Virus record (IMG/VR): IMGVR_UViG_3300021376_000006
Length of the DNA: 64,000 nt
From: a virus
Lineage: Duplodnaviria > Caudoviricetes
Direction: 5' to 3' (one strand)
Of the stretch, positions 45,174 to 55,249 are shown one piece after another (within the stretch, counting starts at the first letter, position 1; the number at the start of each line of letters is the position of its first letter). Position numbers and translations under genes: made by a program. Under the pieces are notes generated by a model. It saw only the letters and a program-made list of their open reading frames with translations. It had not been told where the DNA came from and searched no databases.

Positions 45174-48100
45174 GTGGCAAAAAAAACTCCTCAAGAATTA
45201 AGAGCCGAACTAGATGCTCTTGATAAAAAAGTACGCGAACAAGAGTCAATCGCACTTAAAGCAGCAAGACAGTTTGGTAGTGCAGCTACCAAACGACTAG
45301 AAGCAGCCCAGGCGGAAGCCAATCGGTTACGTGCTCTAGCCACAGAAAAATTTAAAGAATATGCGGCTGCGAATAAAGACAATCGTTTGACCTTTTTAAA
45401 GGCCGAACGAGAAAGATTGTTAGCCGAAGAGGAAGCATTAACAAAAGAATACAGCCTTGGACCCAACAACACGTTTTTAACCGGCGCCAAGTTGGAAGCC
45501 TGGGAAGCCCGAGTTAGACAGAACAACAAAGATCTAAGCCAAAATTTCAAAGATATACAGGCTGAGTCAGGAGAAAATGCAGCAAAAGGACAAACTGCAC
45601 AGGCACCGTTCAATGCTAATTTTGCTCCTGACAATCCTGGCACCGGTAAAGCTGATACTACACAAAATGTCAATCAAGAACTTAATGCCGATGAAAAAAA
45701 CAATCTTTTAAAAGGAGCAGCAGCTCAACGTGCTTTGGATCAAGCACAAGATCCAACCGCGGCCAACAAACAAAATCTCAGTAAGACGCAAGGATCTGCC
45801 GTCAAATCAGAATCAAATTTTACCGAAGCCGGTTCAACAAATTCAGACAATTCGGTTGTTGGCAATGATGTTACAGGTAAAAAAAGTGATTATGAAAATA
45901 ATTTTAGTCTAAATACGAGAGGTGCTCGTGTTTTTACAAATAGATTACACGCTTACGAAAGCTATACGTATAGAATCTCTTTATTTTTGTTAACTAGGCA
46001 GGATTACAATGTATTATCTACTAACCCAAAAAATTTTACGCCTACTTTTAGTTTAATCAGCAGCGGCGCCGGATTCGGAGCTCCTGGAGTCATTACTACC
46101 ACCTACGAACGCAAATCCAGTCCATGGGGCGGGTATGAAGATGTGCCCACTACACAAACCAAAGCTGGCAGACACCCCGATTTTCAAACTGACTTTTTTA
46201 TTGACAATCTACAGCTTTTAACAGTTGTAGGTCTAAATGCACAGACTAAATCATCAAACGCAATTGAAATATCTTTCAATATCGTTGAACCTTATGGACT
46301 GAGCTTGCTAGATAGATTGCTCAGTGCCTGCGAAACTAGCGGAGATAGAAACGCAAACTACATAGCTCAACCTTATCTATTACAAATTGACTTTTTAGCC
46401 AGCCCCACAGATGAGATGTTGTTTTCTGAGAACAAAATCAACAACGTGATTGACACCAAGAGAATCGCAATAAAAATACAAGAAATGAAAATTAAACCTT
46501 CAGGCAGTGGCACTACATATGCTGTGAAGGCCATTCCTTTTAATCACACAGCATTCAGTGTTACCGCTGCAGCACTACCTGTACCAATCAAAGTAGAGGC
46601 AGGCACAGTGGGTGAATTCTTCAGTAACAGCGAGGATTTTCAAAAAATATTCGCAAAAGAATTCAAGGTACAGGAAGAAAGACTAGAAAGCGAATTAAAA
46701 GCATGGATAGATATAGAATTTATTAGCGTAGGCGGACAACCACCGCGACCTGAGCAATTAGAAGCCAAACGTGCCGCATTAAAAAATGCAGACAGTTACA
46801 ATTCAAAAAGTTATACTGCTGGGTACAACGAGTACATGACCACCATTGCTAAAGATCAGCAATTGACCAAATTACCTCCAACTAAAATTGCATTTGCTAT
46901 TGATAGTGAGTTTGTAAATTCTCTAATAGTTTCTGATAGTACTTCACAAAACACTGATGGTCGTATGATTGATCCTCGAACTACTGTAGGACAGACTGAC
47001 CCGGGTTATAAAACTGTAGAAAGTTTTAATATCCGCGAAGGCACAAATGTTATTGAGGTAATTGATCAGGTGATGGCTAAAAGTCAATATATCAAGAGTC
47101 AAATTAAAACATTGCTCAAAGAACAGGCCGATCAACAGGCCAAGGAAGATTATAACAAAGGCAATGCCCGTACCAAAGATACTTCAGTGCCACAAAAAAT
47201 AAATTGGTACAGAGTGGTACCCACTATTGCCTTGAATGATTTTGATGCTGCAAGAAATGATTACAGCAAGACTATTCTCTACAACGTTTTGCCATACAAG
47301 GCCGTAAATTCCTATCATCCCAATTTTCCAAAAACAACAGCAGAAAGTGTGGCTGCAAAAGTGGTTAGGGAATATTTTTATGTGTACACTGGACTTAATC
47401 AGGACATAATCCGGCTAGATATAGATTTTGATAGTACTTACTTCACTCAACTAACCACATATAGAAATCAAGTGGCTAGATTAGGAACCAACGCACTAAG
47501 CGACCCAAAAGACTATCCTGACACTCAATTTGGTTTTCGAGCCAATTCGCAACAGACTATTTTACCAGGTACTATACATTTTGTTGGTTCGAATAAAGAC
47601 AGTAACGGCATGAACACTGCCACAAACCCAGAAGAAAGAATAGTAGCCGACTTGAGAAAAAGCATATACACAAGTCAACGCGGCGATCTGCTGAACATAA
47701 AAATGCAAATTACTGGCGACCCTGCTTTTATAAAACAAGACGATATCTATTACAATCCTGGTACTCCGGCTGAGTATTTGGAATTTTCTCGCAGTCGCAC
47801 AGATCGTGCCGAAGTCCCAATAAATTCTTCTGGACAAATATTGTTTGATAACGAACAGATATTTGTAAAAGTGTATTTTCAAAATGCTGTTGACATCAAC
47901 GATGATATAGGCATTGTTAACAAACAAGAGGTGCTTCAAAATGGCCGTAGAACAGATGGAACGTTTACTGGGGTGTATAAAGTACAAAAAGTTACTAGCG
48001 AATTCAGTCGCGGTCAATTTACTCAAACATTGGACTTAATCAGGATGCCCGACATATTGCCCGAAACACCAGTTCCGGCCGGGCAAACAACACAAACAGG

Positions 48101-48512
48101 AACAACAGAAACTACAGCAAGTGCAAAGGCAAGTGAAGAGGCTGATAATAGCAAACGATCAGTTATATCTAGTAATCCAACAGGTGTAGCACCAAAACCG
48201 CAACCTCGCCTTGTAGAGGCTGCCAGACAACCAGCTGTAAGTGATCCTGCTATAAACAACGGCAATGGTAATACGCAACAAAATTCCAATACCTATCAAT
48301 CTGCTCCACAAAACGCCAATAATGCTCAAAACATAGCGCCTCAAAACTCAGCAGCGCGGACATTCAGTGATGCTTTTAGACAGGCCAGAAAAGACTTTGG
48401 TAACAAGCCCGGCGGCTATTTTGAATGGCGAGGGAAATTGTATCAAACCAATTATCAAAACGAACCGTTTGTGGCCAACCCAAAACCAGTCTACCCAGGA
48501 GCAAACGAATAA
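45174..48512 (+). CDS. Baseplate hub protein (gp27-like position) with N- and C-terminal extensions
   Basis: 1112 aa between gp53 and gp5; NRLHAYESYTY, MQITGDPAF and GVYKVQKVTSEFSRGQFTQTLDLIR hub-type motifs. Confidence 0.6.
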   Translation: MAKKTPQELRAELDALDKKVREQESIALKAARQFGSAATKRLEAAQAEANRLRALATEKFKEYAAANKDNRLTFLKAERERLLAEEEALTKEYSLGPNNTFLTGAKLEAWEARVRQNNKDLSQNFKDIQAESGENAAKGQTAQAPFNANFAPDNPGTGKADTTQNVNQELNADEKNNLLKGAAAQRALDQAQDPTAANKQNLSKTQGSAVKSESNFTEAGSTNSDNSVVGNDVTGKKSDYENNFSLNTRGARVFTNRLHAYESYTYRISLFLLTRQDYNVLSTNPKNFTPTFSLISSGAGFGAPGVITTTYERKSSPWGGYEDVPTTQTKAGRHPDFQTDFFIDNLQLLTVVGLNAQTKSSNAIEISFNIVEPYGLSLLDRLLSACETSGDRNANYIAQPYLLQIDFLASPTDEMLFSENKINNVIDTKRIAIKIQEMKIKPSGSGTTYAVKAIPFNHTAFSVTAAALPVPIKVEAGTVGEFFSNSEDFQKIFAKEFKVQEERLESELKAWIDIEFISVGGQPPRPEQLEAKRAALKNADSYNSKSYTAGYNEYMTTIAKDQQLTKLPPTKIAFAIDSEFVNSLIVSDSTSQNTDGRMIDPRTTVGQTDPGYKTVESFNIREGTNVIEVIDQVMAKSQYIKSQIKTLLKEQADQQAKEDYNKGNARTKDTSVPQKINWYRVVPTIALNDFDAARNDYSKTILYNVLPYKAVNSYHPNFPKTTAESVAAKVVREYFYVYTGLNQDIIRLDIDFDSTYFTQLTTYRNQVARLGTNALSDPKDYPDTQFGFRANSQQTILPGTIHFVGSNKDSNGMNTATNPEERIVADLRKSIYTSQRGDLLNIKMQITGDPAFIKQDDIYYNPGTPAEYLEFSRSRTDRAEVPINSSGQILFDNEQIFVKVYFQNAVDINDDIGIVNKQEVLQNGRRTDGTFTGVYKVQKVTSEFSRGQFTQTLDLIRMPDILPETPVPAGQTTQTGTTETTASAKASEEADNSKRSVISSNPTGVAPKPQPRLVEAARQPAVSDPAINNGNGNTQQNSNTYQSAPQNANNAQNIAPQNSAARTFSDAFRQARKDFGNKPGGYFEWRGKLYQTNYQNEPFVANPKPVYPGANE

Positions 48513-49999
48513 TGGCAAACAATGTACAAAAATTAAATCGAGTTCCAGACTGGGCCGGATACACTTACAAAACTGGCGTCAATCTCAATTCTGGACCTTA
48601 CATTGGTATCATAAAAAACAATGCCGATCCAGCTAGACAAGGACGTTTGGCTGTGTTTATCCCAGACATAGGCGGTAAAGAAGATGATCCAAGTGGTTGG
48701 TTTGTGGTTAGATATGCTAGCCCTTTCTTCGGCAGTACTTTGGGATTGCCTGGATCACCAGATAATGACACCTTCGCGGTATCACAACAAACTTATGGAT
48801 TCTGGGCGGTACCCCCTGACCTAAACAATCAGGTGCTGGTAACATTTGTTATGGGCGACGCATCTAGAGGCTTTTGGTTCGGATGCATACCTAATACACA
48901 GTCCACACACATGTTGCCTGGCCTGGCTAGACCCAACGGAAATGCTTACGTAGGCAATACCAAAATACGCCCTGATGCCATATTTGGTGCAGGCAGAATT
49001 TCTAGTGACAGCTATTTGCCTGTGTCAGAATTGGTCTATGAACGTAAAGTTTTTGACAAAGTACCAAGATTTTTTGATTTGCCAACTGTGGTACATACTT
49101 GGCAGGCCAACATTGTAATAGAACAAGGACTGGATAAAGATCCAGTAAGAGGCACAATAACCAGCAGCAGCCTAAGAGAGACACCCAGTCAAGTGGTAGG
49201 ATTAAGCAGCCCTGGGCGAAGTTCTCCTGATACTGTGGATTTTCCTAACCTACAAGACCTACTGGACAATCAGTTGTTCCCTGTTTCTTTAGCTCAGCAG
49301 TTTCCTAACAGAAAAGGTGGGCATTCCTTGGTCATGGACGACGGGGATCTTTACGGACAAAGTAGACTGTTGCGATTGCGTAGCAGTGCTGGCCATCAGA
49401 TTCTAATGCACGATACCGAAGATCTGATGTACATTAGTAACAGTAAAGGCACTGCCTGGATAGAATTAACGCCAGATGGCAGTGTGAATGTGTTTAGTGC
49501 TAGCAATGTTAGTATCAGATCTCAACAGGACATAAATTTTCATGCCGACAACAACATCAACTTACACAGCGGAAACACAATAAAAATGTTCGCTGAAAAA
49601 TATTTTTTAAATCAAACACAAAGTTATCAACTTACAGCCGCAAAAAATATCTCTTTAAATGCTGGTAATGTTGGTATTAAAAGCGGTACGAGCCTTTTGA
49701 TGCAATCAGTCACCGGCGGTTGGCAGACTGCGGCAGACCTTGTACTGAAAGGAAGAAAAATTTTTCTCAATACTGGAACACCTGCTGAACCATTATCTAA
49801 CCAACCGTTGGAGTTTTACAAACAGGGCAACGTATTGTATGACAACGACACAAAATTGTGGATAAGATCTGATACCACATTTGAAAGCTTATCTCCGTTT
49901 GCTCCCACACACGAACCATGGACAAGGGCAACCGGGCAATATAAAAAGAACGACGGAAAAATTGTTCCATCCGTGCCACAAACGCCAGGAAAAATATAA
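48512..49999 (+). CDS. gp5: Baseplate central spike (gp5/VgrG-like OB fold), no lysozyme domain
   Basis: GPYIGIIKNNADP..QGRLAVFIP, WAVPPDLNNQVLVTF and RLRSSAGHQILMHD, then beta-helix; start at TAATG overlap 48512. Confidence 0.75.
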   Translation: MANNVQKLNRVPDWAGYTYKTGVNLNSGPYIGIIKNNADPARQGRLAVFIPDIGGKEDDPSGWFVVRYASPFFGSTLGLPGSPDNDTFAVSQQTYGFWAVPPDLNNQVLVTFVMGDASRGFWFGCIPNTQSTHMLPGLARPNGNAYVGNTKIRPDAIFGAGRISSDSYLPVSELVYERKVFDKVPRFFDLPTVVHTWQANIVIEQGLDKDPVRGTITSSSLRETPSQVVGLSSPGRSSPDTVDFPNLQDLLDNQLFPVSLAQQFPNRKGGHSLVMDDGDLYGQSRLLRLRSSAGHQILMHDTEDLMYISNSKGTAWIELTPDGSVNVFSASNVSIRSQQDINFHADNNINLHSGNTIKMFAEKYFLNQTQSYQLTAAKNISLNAGNVGIKSGTSLLMQSVTGGWQTAADLVLKGRKIFLNTGTPAEPLSNQPLEFYKQGNVLYDNDTKLWIRSDTTFESLSPFAPTHEPWTRATGQYKKNDGKIVPSVPQTPGKI

Positions 50000-51108
50000 T
50001 GGCCAATCGAGGAATTAACAACGCAGCGAATAATATAGTAATCAGTCCTGCCGGGCGGCAGTCATTGACCAGAGTAGACGCTCCAAAAGGTGCTACCTTA
50101 AACAAAGTAAAAGACAATATAGCAACTCTCTCAAAATTTGAGACAAAATGTTTGTTAATACAACTTAGCAGTTTAGAAAGCAATATTAATGCAAATACAG
50201 TGAATATTGGTGTCCCAACAATAGGAACTTTCCGCGCTAATATCAATGCCAATACTGTGGTTTCGCACGCTAACACGTATTTTTCTAATGTTGCAGCAAT
50301 AACTATTACCAACAGTGATCATACTGATATACAGTTGGGTATGCTGGGAAATATACAATTACCAAGTGTTGGCAGATTTGGAAGTAATACCATGGTTATA
50401 AAAAAATCTGTTGGCGGAAATATAACTGCGGGTAATTTTGTCCCAGGATTTACATACACAGTCACAAGTATTGGAACCACAAACTTTACTTTATGCGGAT
50501 TAGAAGGAAATGTGGCGAACGTGGTAATAGGAAATGTGTTTGTTGCCAATTCGTTGGGCACAGGCACAGGCACTGCGTTTTTGACCAACAATCAAATACT
50601 ATTAGGCAGCGATCACACTGTAAGCGGCGACATTCAGTTCAACTTGGTTACTTTAAAACTGGGCAAATATCAAAATAGTGACTATCTTCTTACTCGTTAC
50701 GGATATAAAAACAGCGACGGAACCTGGGCAACAAAGGACGGAGTAGATTCGAACGATATTTTTTTACAAGCTACCGAAGTGCAGGATAACATATTGTACA
50801 ATTTTATCCAAGAACAATATCCAGAACTGATAAGACAAGGAGCTATAAGAGACAGTGATAGTAAAGAAACTGTTGCCGGCATGCTGGCCTTGGCCTATCA
50901 ATACCAGGATCTTGGCAATCCCCAGCTGAGGCAAAATATTTACAATAGTGACGGTACTATCAACATTGAAAATTATTCAATAGCTGCTAGAGCAAATGTT
51001 TGGCGAGAAACCGGGCAAACTGTAGACAGTCAAGGACGCCCGGGCCACATATATTTCAATGCCGGCAAATATGCAATTGGTACTTTGGGCGCAGACGTGC
51101 CAGAATAA
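49999..51108 (+). CDS. Baseplate protein with putative lysozyme-like domain interrupted by an insertion
   Basis: LES (E60), then LGKYQ...W..K.G..S..FL...VQD...AGML.LA...YFN.G.YA; about 160 aa separate ES from GKYQ. Confidence 0.5.
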   Translation: MANRGINNAANNIVISPAGRQSLTRVDAPKGATLNKVKDNIATLSKFETKCLLIQLSSLESNINANTVNIGVPTIGTFRANINANTVVSHANTYFSNVAAITITNSDHTDIQLGMLGNIQLPSVGRFGSNTMVIKKSVGGNITAGNFVPGFTYTVTSIGTTNFTLCGLEGNVANVVIGNVFVANSLGTGTGTAFLTNNQILLGSDHTVSGDIQFNLVTLKLGKYQNSDYLLTRYGYKNSDGTWATKDGVDSNDIFLQATEVQDNILYNFIQEQYPELIRQGAIRDSDSKETVAGMLALAYQYQDLGNPQLRQNIYNSDGTINIENYSIAARANVWRETGQTVDSQGRPGHIYFNAGKYAIGTLGADVPE

Positions 51109-51116
51109 ATATACAT

Positions 51117-51497
51117 ATGGCTCTAATAAGATACAAAGGTTTTAGCACGATTGATCAGAACAAAAAGTTTCGATTAACTGATGCTGAATTAATCAAGCGT
51201 GATTTACTAAATCATTTTGCTATCAGAAAAGGCGAAAAATTAATGAACGCCAATTTTGGTAGCATTATTTGGAGTCTGTTGTTTGAACCTTTGACCGCGG
51301 ACGTTAAAGCTTTAATTGTAAATGATATCAATGGAATTGTAAATTCGGATCCTAGAATCCGAGTAGATAATGTGCTGGTTGATCAGCTAGACATAGGTCT
51401 ACAAATTCAGGTTGACATCACTATTCTGCCTGATAATTATAGCGATAGTATCAATTTACAGTTCAATCGCGAACTTAACACTGTAGTAGCTGCATAA
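51117..51497 (+). CDS. gp25: Baseplate wedge subunit
   Basis: YKGFST, LIKRDLLNHF..RKGEKLMN.NFGS.IW..LFEP and DPRI motifs; late promoter ATAAATA at 51105-51111. Confidence 0.85.
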   Translation: MALIRYKGFSTIDQNKKFRLTDAELIKRDLLNHFAIRKGEKLMNANFGSIIWSLLFEPLTADVKALIVNDINGIVNSDPRIRVDNVLVDQLDIGLQIQVDITILPDNYSDSINLQFNRELNTVVAA

Positions 51498-51517
51498 AAA
51501 TACCACTTTATAATTTC

Positions 51518-51525
51518 TATAAATA
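51518..51525 (+). promoter_or_regulatory. Late promoter TATAAATA
   Basis: Exact T4 consensus 21 nt upstream of the ATG at 51547. Confidence 0.7.
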
Positions 51526-51546
51526 CTAGAACAAGGTATTTTTGAC

Positions 51547-54500
51547 ATGGCTATTACTACAAGACAAACCAGTTTACTAGTTCAACAAGATTGGACTAAA
51601 ATCTATCAAACTTTTAGGGAAGCTGATTTTCAGAGTTTTGATTACGAAACTTTACGAAAATCAATGATTGAATATCTACGTACTTACTACCCCGAAGATT
51701 TCAATGATTACACAGAAAGTTCTGAATATATTGCCCTAATAGATCTAATAGCTTTTTTAGGACAAAGTTTAGCTTTTAGAGCCGACCTTAACGCTAGAGA
51801 AAATTTTATAGATACGGCCGAACGTAGAGACAGTATTCTAAAGTTGGCTAGATTAGTAAGTTATAATCCCAAGCGCAGTGTGCCTGCGTCGGGCTTTTTA
51901 AAGTTTGACAGTGTAAGTACTACAGAAGCGGTGTTTGACAGCACAGGCATCAATTTAAGCAACATTGTTATAAACTGGAACGACAGTACCAACGAAAACT
52001 GGCTAGAGCAATTTACTGCTGTACTTAATGCGTCATTGGTAGCAACACAAGCAATTGGCAAGCCGGGAGCAACAAAAAGTTTAAGCGGAGTTAAAACCGA
52101 CGAGTACACCATTGATGTAATCAGTGGAATAACACCAACATATCCGTATTCTGCTGCTATTGCAGGTGTTACTTATCCATTTGAAATTGTAAGTGCTACC
52201 AGCAACGAACAAAACTACATATATGAATCCACTCCAAGCCCTGGTGGCGCTTTTAACTTTTTATATAGAAACGACAATCAAGGCAACGCAAGCAACAACA
52301 CCGGATACTTTTTTTATTTTAAACAAGGCGAACTAAACAGTCTTGATTTTTCAATTACAGAAAGTTTGCCTAATAGAATTGTCAATATCAACTTTGACAA
52401 TATCAACAATTCAGACGTTTGGCTGTATTCAGTTTCCTCAAGCGGTAATGTAAGCGAACTCTGGACGCAAGTACCTGCAGTCAATGGTATAAATGTAATT
52501 TACAACAATTTTGAGGAAAGAAACTTATACAGCGTTGCATCACGTGCAAATGATCAAATTGATTTAGTGTTTGGCGATGGGTCGTTTACTAATATTCCTA
52601 TAGGTAATTTTAGAATATTTTACAGAGTTAGTAATAACATCACTTACAAAATAACTCCAGACGAAATGTCCAGCATTGCAATTAACGTTCCTTATGTGGG
52701 CAGAACCGGCAGAGCTGAAACACTAACAGTAAGAGCAAGTCTTCAATATACAGTGACTAATGCTATTTCTAGAGAAAGTCTTGAGGACATACGGACCAAA
52801 GCTCCGCAACAGTATTATACTCAGAATCGTATGGTAACAGGTGAGGATTACAATGTGTTGCCCTACACCAGTTTCAACAACATGTTAAAACTCAAGGCTG
52901 TCAATCGTACTAGTTCGGGCATCAGTAGATATCTTGATGTAATTGATACTACTGGCAAATATTCAAGTACCAATATATTCGCCGAAGATGGAATAATTTA
53001 CAAAGAAGATTATCAAGAGACTGAAAATTTTCAATTCACAAGCAGCACTGAAGTAAATGCTATAGTCAGAAATACCATAAAGCCTCTGATATCGAGTATT
53101 ACAACCAGGCATTTGTATTACGACACAGCTACCAGAAACAGTCCACAAGGCACAACAATTGTGGCGACCAGCATGGTAGTAGGAACAGTTTATAAAATTA
53201 TATCAGTAGGCTCTACTACATTTACAAACTTTGGTGCTAGTGCAAACACAGTAGGCACAATATTTACTGCAACTGCTGCTGGAACTGGCAACGGCACAGT
53301 AGCAACAGTAGCGGTGTGGACTCAGACTACTAGTTCAGGCAGCAGAAGCACAGGTACATTTAATAGCCCAAATTACACATTTTTAGTACAAGGAAGTCTT
53401 GTAAAATTTGTTGCACCAGCTGGCAAATATTTTGACGCACAAAATCAACTTCAAACAGGTACTCCTAGTACAGAATTTCAAAAAACTATATTATGGGCTA
53501 GTATAATCGACTATGATAATCCTGGATTAACCGCAGTTGCTACCTTGAGTGTGGTCGTACCTACTGGTTCTATTGTGAGCGAAATAATCCCTGTATTCGC
53601 CAATGATTGGTCAGAAACGCTAATAAACAACATCATACTTCAAGTACTCAGTTATAAAACTTTTGGTTTGAGATACGATATACCAAGCAAAACATGGCAA
53701 CTGATTGAAAGCCAAAATTTAGGATCAGGTTCGTTTAGCCTTGCCAATGCAGGTAGTACCGCTGGTACAGGATTAGATAACAGTTGGTTTATAAAATTAA
53801 GTTTTGCTAATAATGAATATACTACAATCAGTCGAGGCCTGAATTATTTTTTCCAAAGCGAACGCGAAACAAGATTTTATTTTGATCCAGATATTAGAGT
53901 GTACGATAGTAGAACTGCAACTACCCTGATTGACAGTATCAAAGTGTTGCGTACCAATACAGAACCTGACAGCAGCGAAAGTCTATTTTACAGTCAAACT
54001 TACAGAATTTGGCAGAGAGCCATTGGCCCTGACGGTATAGATGATAATCGTAAAATCAAAATAACTTTTCCTGATGATAATCTTGACGAAGTGCCAGATG
54101 ATCCAGATTTGTTTGTTGAATTAGTAGCACCCACTATAAACAGTGAAAACAAGTACGTATTTTTTTTAGAAGCAACCGATCAATATAATTTTTTGCTGTA
54201 CAATCCGGTTGATCAAGCAGTTATTGTAACAGCTTATGCAGATGAAGATGAAATATTAACAAATATTTCTTTATATGCCACTGGCACCATATTTTATGCC
54301 ACCGACGAGGATATATTTTACGAATCACAAGGAATTTTGCTTAATGAAGTAAACAATTATGTTGCTCGAATTGGTCGACAAGATTTGCAATTCCAATATA
54401 AGCATAATGCTCCTAATAACAGACGCATTGACCCTAGTCCTAACAATATTATTGATTTTTACATCTTGACCAAGACTTACAGCAATGATTATTTTGCATA

Positions 54501-55137
54501 CATCACAGACACCAGTGGCAAGGTCACACAACCAGTTACTCCTTCGATTGACGAACTCAAAACAGAATTTGGTTCAATTGAACAATACAAGACTATCAGT
54601 GACAGTATAATTTACAATCCGGCAGTGTTTAAACCGTTGTTTGGTAACAAGGCTGATGCAGCACTGAGAGCAACATTTAAAGTTATTAAAAACCCAAATG
54701 TTACAATAAGTGATAACGAAATTAAAAGTCAGGTTGTAGCAGCTATCAACACTTATTTTGACATCAATAATTGGGACTTTGGGGAAACTTTTTATTTTAG
54801 TGAACTTAGTGCATATCTACACACTTCGTTGGTACCAAATGTAAGCAGTATTGTTATAGTGCCTTCAAATATTGACACACAATTTGGTACCTTGTATCAA
54901 ATTGATGCCAAACCTGATGAAATTTTAGTAAGCGCAGCAACAGTAGATAACGTACAAATTATTTCTGCTATTACAGCAGCACAACTTAATATGGCATCAG
55001 GTGGTGGCGGTGGTGGTGGCGGTGGATCATCTGGTGGTGGATCAGGTGGTGGTGGATCATCTGGTGGCGGTGGATCATCTGGTGGTGGATCGTCTGGTGG
55101 TGGATCAGGTGGTGGCGGTGGTGGAGGATATTATTAA
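51547..55137 (+). CDS. gp6: Baseplate wedge protein (gp6-like) with Gly-rich tail
   Basis: DFQSFDYETLR, FNDYTESSEYIALID..AF, ARENFIDTAERRDS..LA..Y.PKR and RMVTGEDY motifs. Confidence 0.8.
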   Translation: MAITTRQTSLLVQQDWTKIYQTFREADFQSFDYETLRKSMIEYLRTYYPEDFNDYTESSEYIALIDLIAFLGQSLAFRADLNARENFIDTAERRDSILKLARLVSYNPKRSVPASGFLKFDSVSTTEAVFDSTGINLSNIVINWNDSTNENWLEQFTAVLNASLVATQAIGKPGATKSLSGVKTDEYTIDVISGITPTYPYSAAIAGVTYPFEIVSATSNEQNYIYESTPSPGGAFNFLYRNDNQGNASNNTGYFFYFKQGELNSLDFSITESLPNRIVNINFDNINNSDVWLYSVSSSGNVSELWTQVPAVNGINVIYNNFEERNLYSVASRANDQIDLVFGDGSFTNIPIGNFRIFYRVSNNITYKITPDEMSSIAINVPYVGRTGRAETLTVRASLQYTVTNAISRESLEDIRTKAPQQYYTQNRMVTGEDYNVLPYTSFNNMLKLKAVNRTSSGISRYLDVIDTTGKYSSTNIFAEDGIIYKEDYQETENFQFTSSTEVNAIVRNTIKPLISSITTRHLYYDTATRNSPQGTTIVATSMVVGTVYKIISVGSTTFTNFGASANTVGTIFTATAAGTGNGTVATVAVWTQTTSSGSRSTGTFNSPNYTFLVQGSLVKFVAPAGKYFDAQNQLQTGTPSTEFQKTILWASIIDYDNPGLTAVATLSVVVPTGSIVSEIIPVFANDWSETLINNIILQVLSYKTFGLRYDIPSKTWQLIESQNLGSGSFSLANAGSTAGTGLDNSWFIKLSFANNEYTTISRGLNYFFQSERETRFYFDPDIRVYDSRTATTLIDSIKVLRTNTEPDSSESLFYSQTYRIWQRAIGPDGIDDNRKIKITFPDDNLDEVPDDPDLFVELVAPTINSENKYVFFLEATDQYNFLLYNPVDQAVIVTAYADEDEILTNISLYATGTIFYATDEDIFYESQGILLNEVNNYVARIGRQDLQFQYKHNAPNNRRIDPSPNNIIDFYILTKTYSNDYFAYITDTSGKVTQPVTPSIDELKTEFGSIEQYKTISDSIIYNPAVFKPLFGNKADAALRATFKVIKNPNVTISDNEIKSQVVAAINTYFDINNWDFGETFYFSELSAYLHTSLVPNVSSIVIVPSNIDTQFGTLYQIDAKPDEILVSAATVDNVQIISAITAAQLNMASGGGGGGGGGSSGGGSGGGGSSGGGGSSGGGSSGGGSGGGGGGGYY
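55000..55134 (+). repeat. Gly/Ser low-complexity repeat (GGTGGTGGATCA/TCT units)
   Basis: Encodes the C-terminal SGGGGGGGGGSSGGG...GGGGYY. Confidence 0.85.
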
Positions 55138-55241
55138 TGGCAAATATAGTAAGAGCAAAAGAACCTAGCAATCTTGGACAGATCAATCTTGATGCAATTG
55201 GCACAAAAAACACAAACAAGTATTATAATAATTTTTTATAG
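55137..55241 (+). CDS. Small ORF (34 aa) between two baseplate genes
   Basis: TAATG coupling to the gp6 stop: MANIVRAKEPSNLGQINLDAIGTKNTNKYYNNFL. Confidence 0.35.
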   Translation: MANIVRAKEPSNLGQINLDAIGTKNTNKYYNNFL

Positions 55242-55249
55242 GATTAGTA

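Noticed and set aside
48425-51117. Longer starts in the ORF track (48425, 51000; also 6294, 6329, 22628, 28665, 43001)
   Set aside because: The extensions overlap upstream genes or hairpins. Downstream ATGs have stop-start coupling, an SD or a late promoter.
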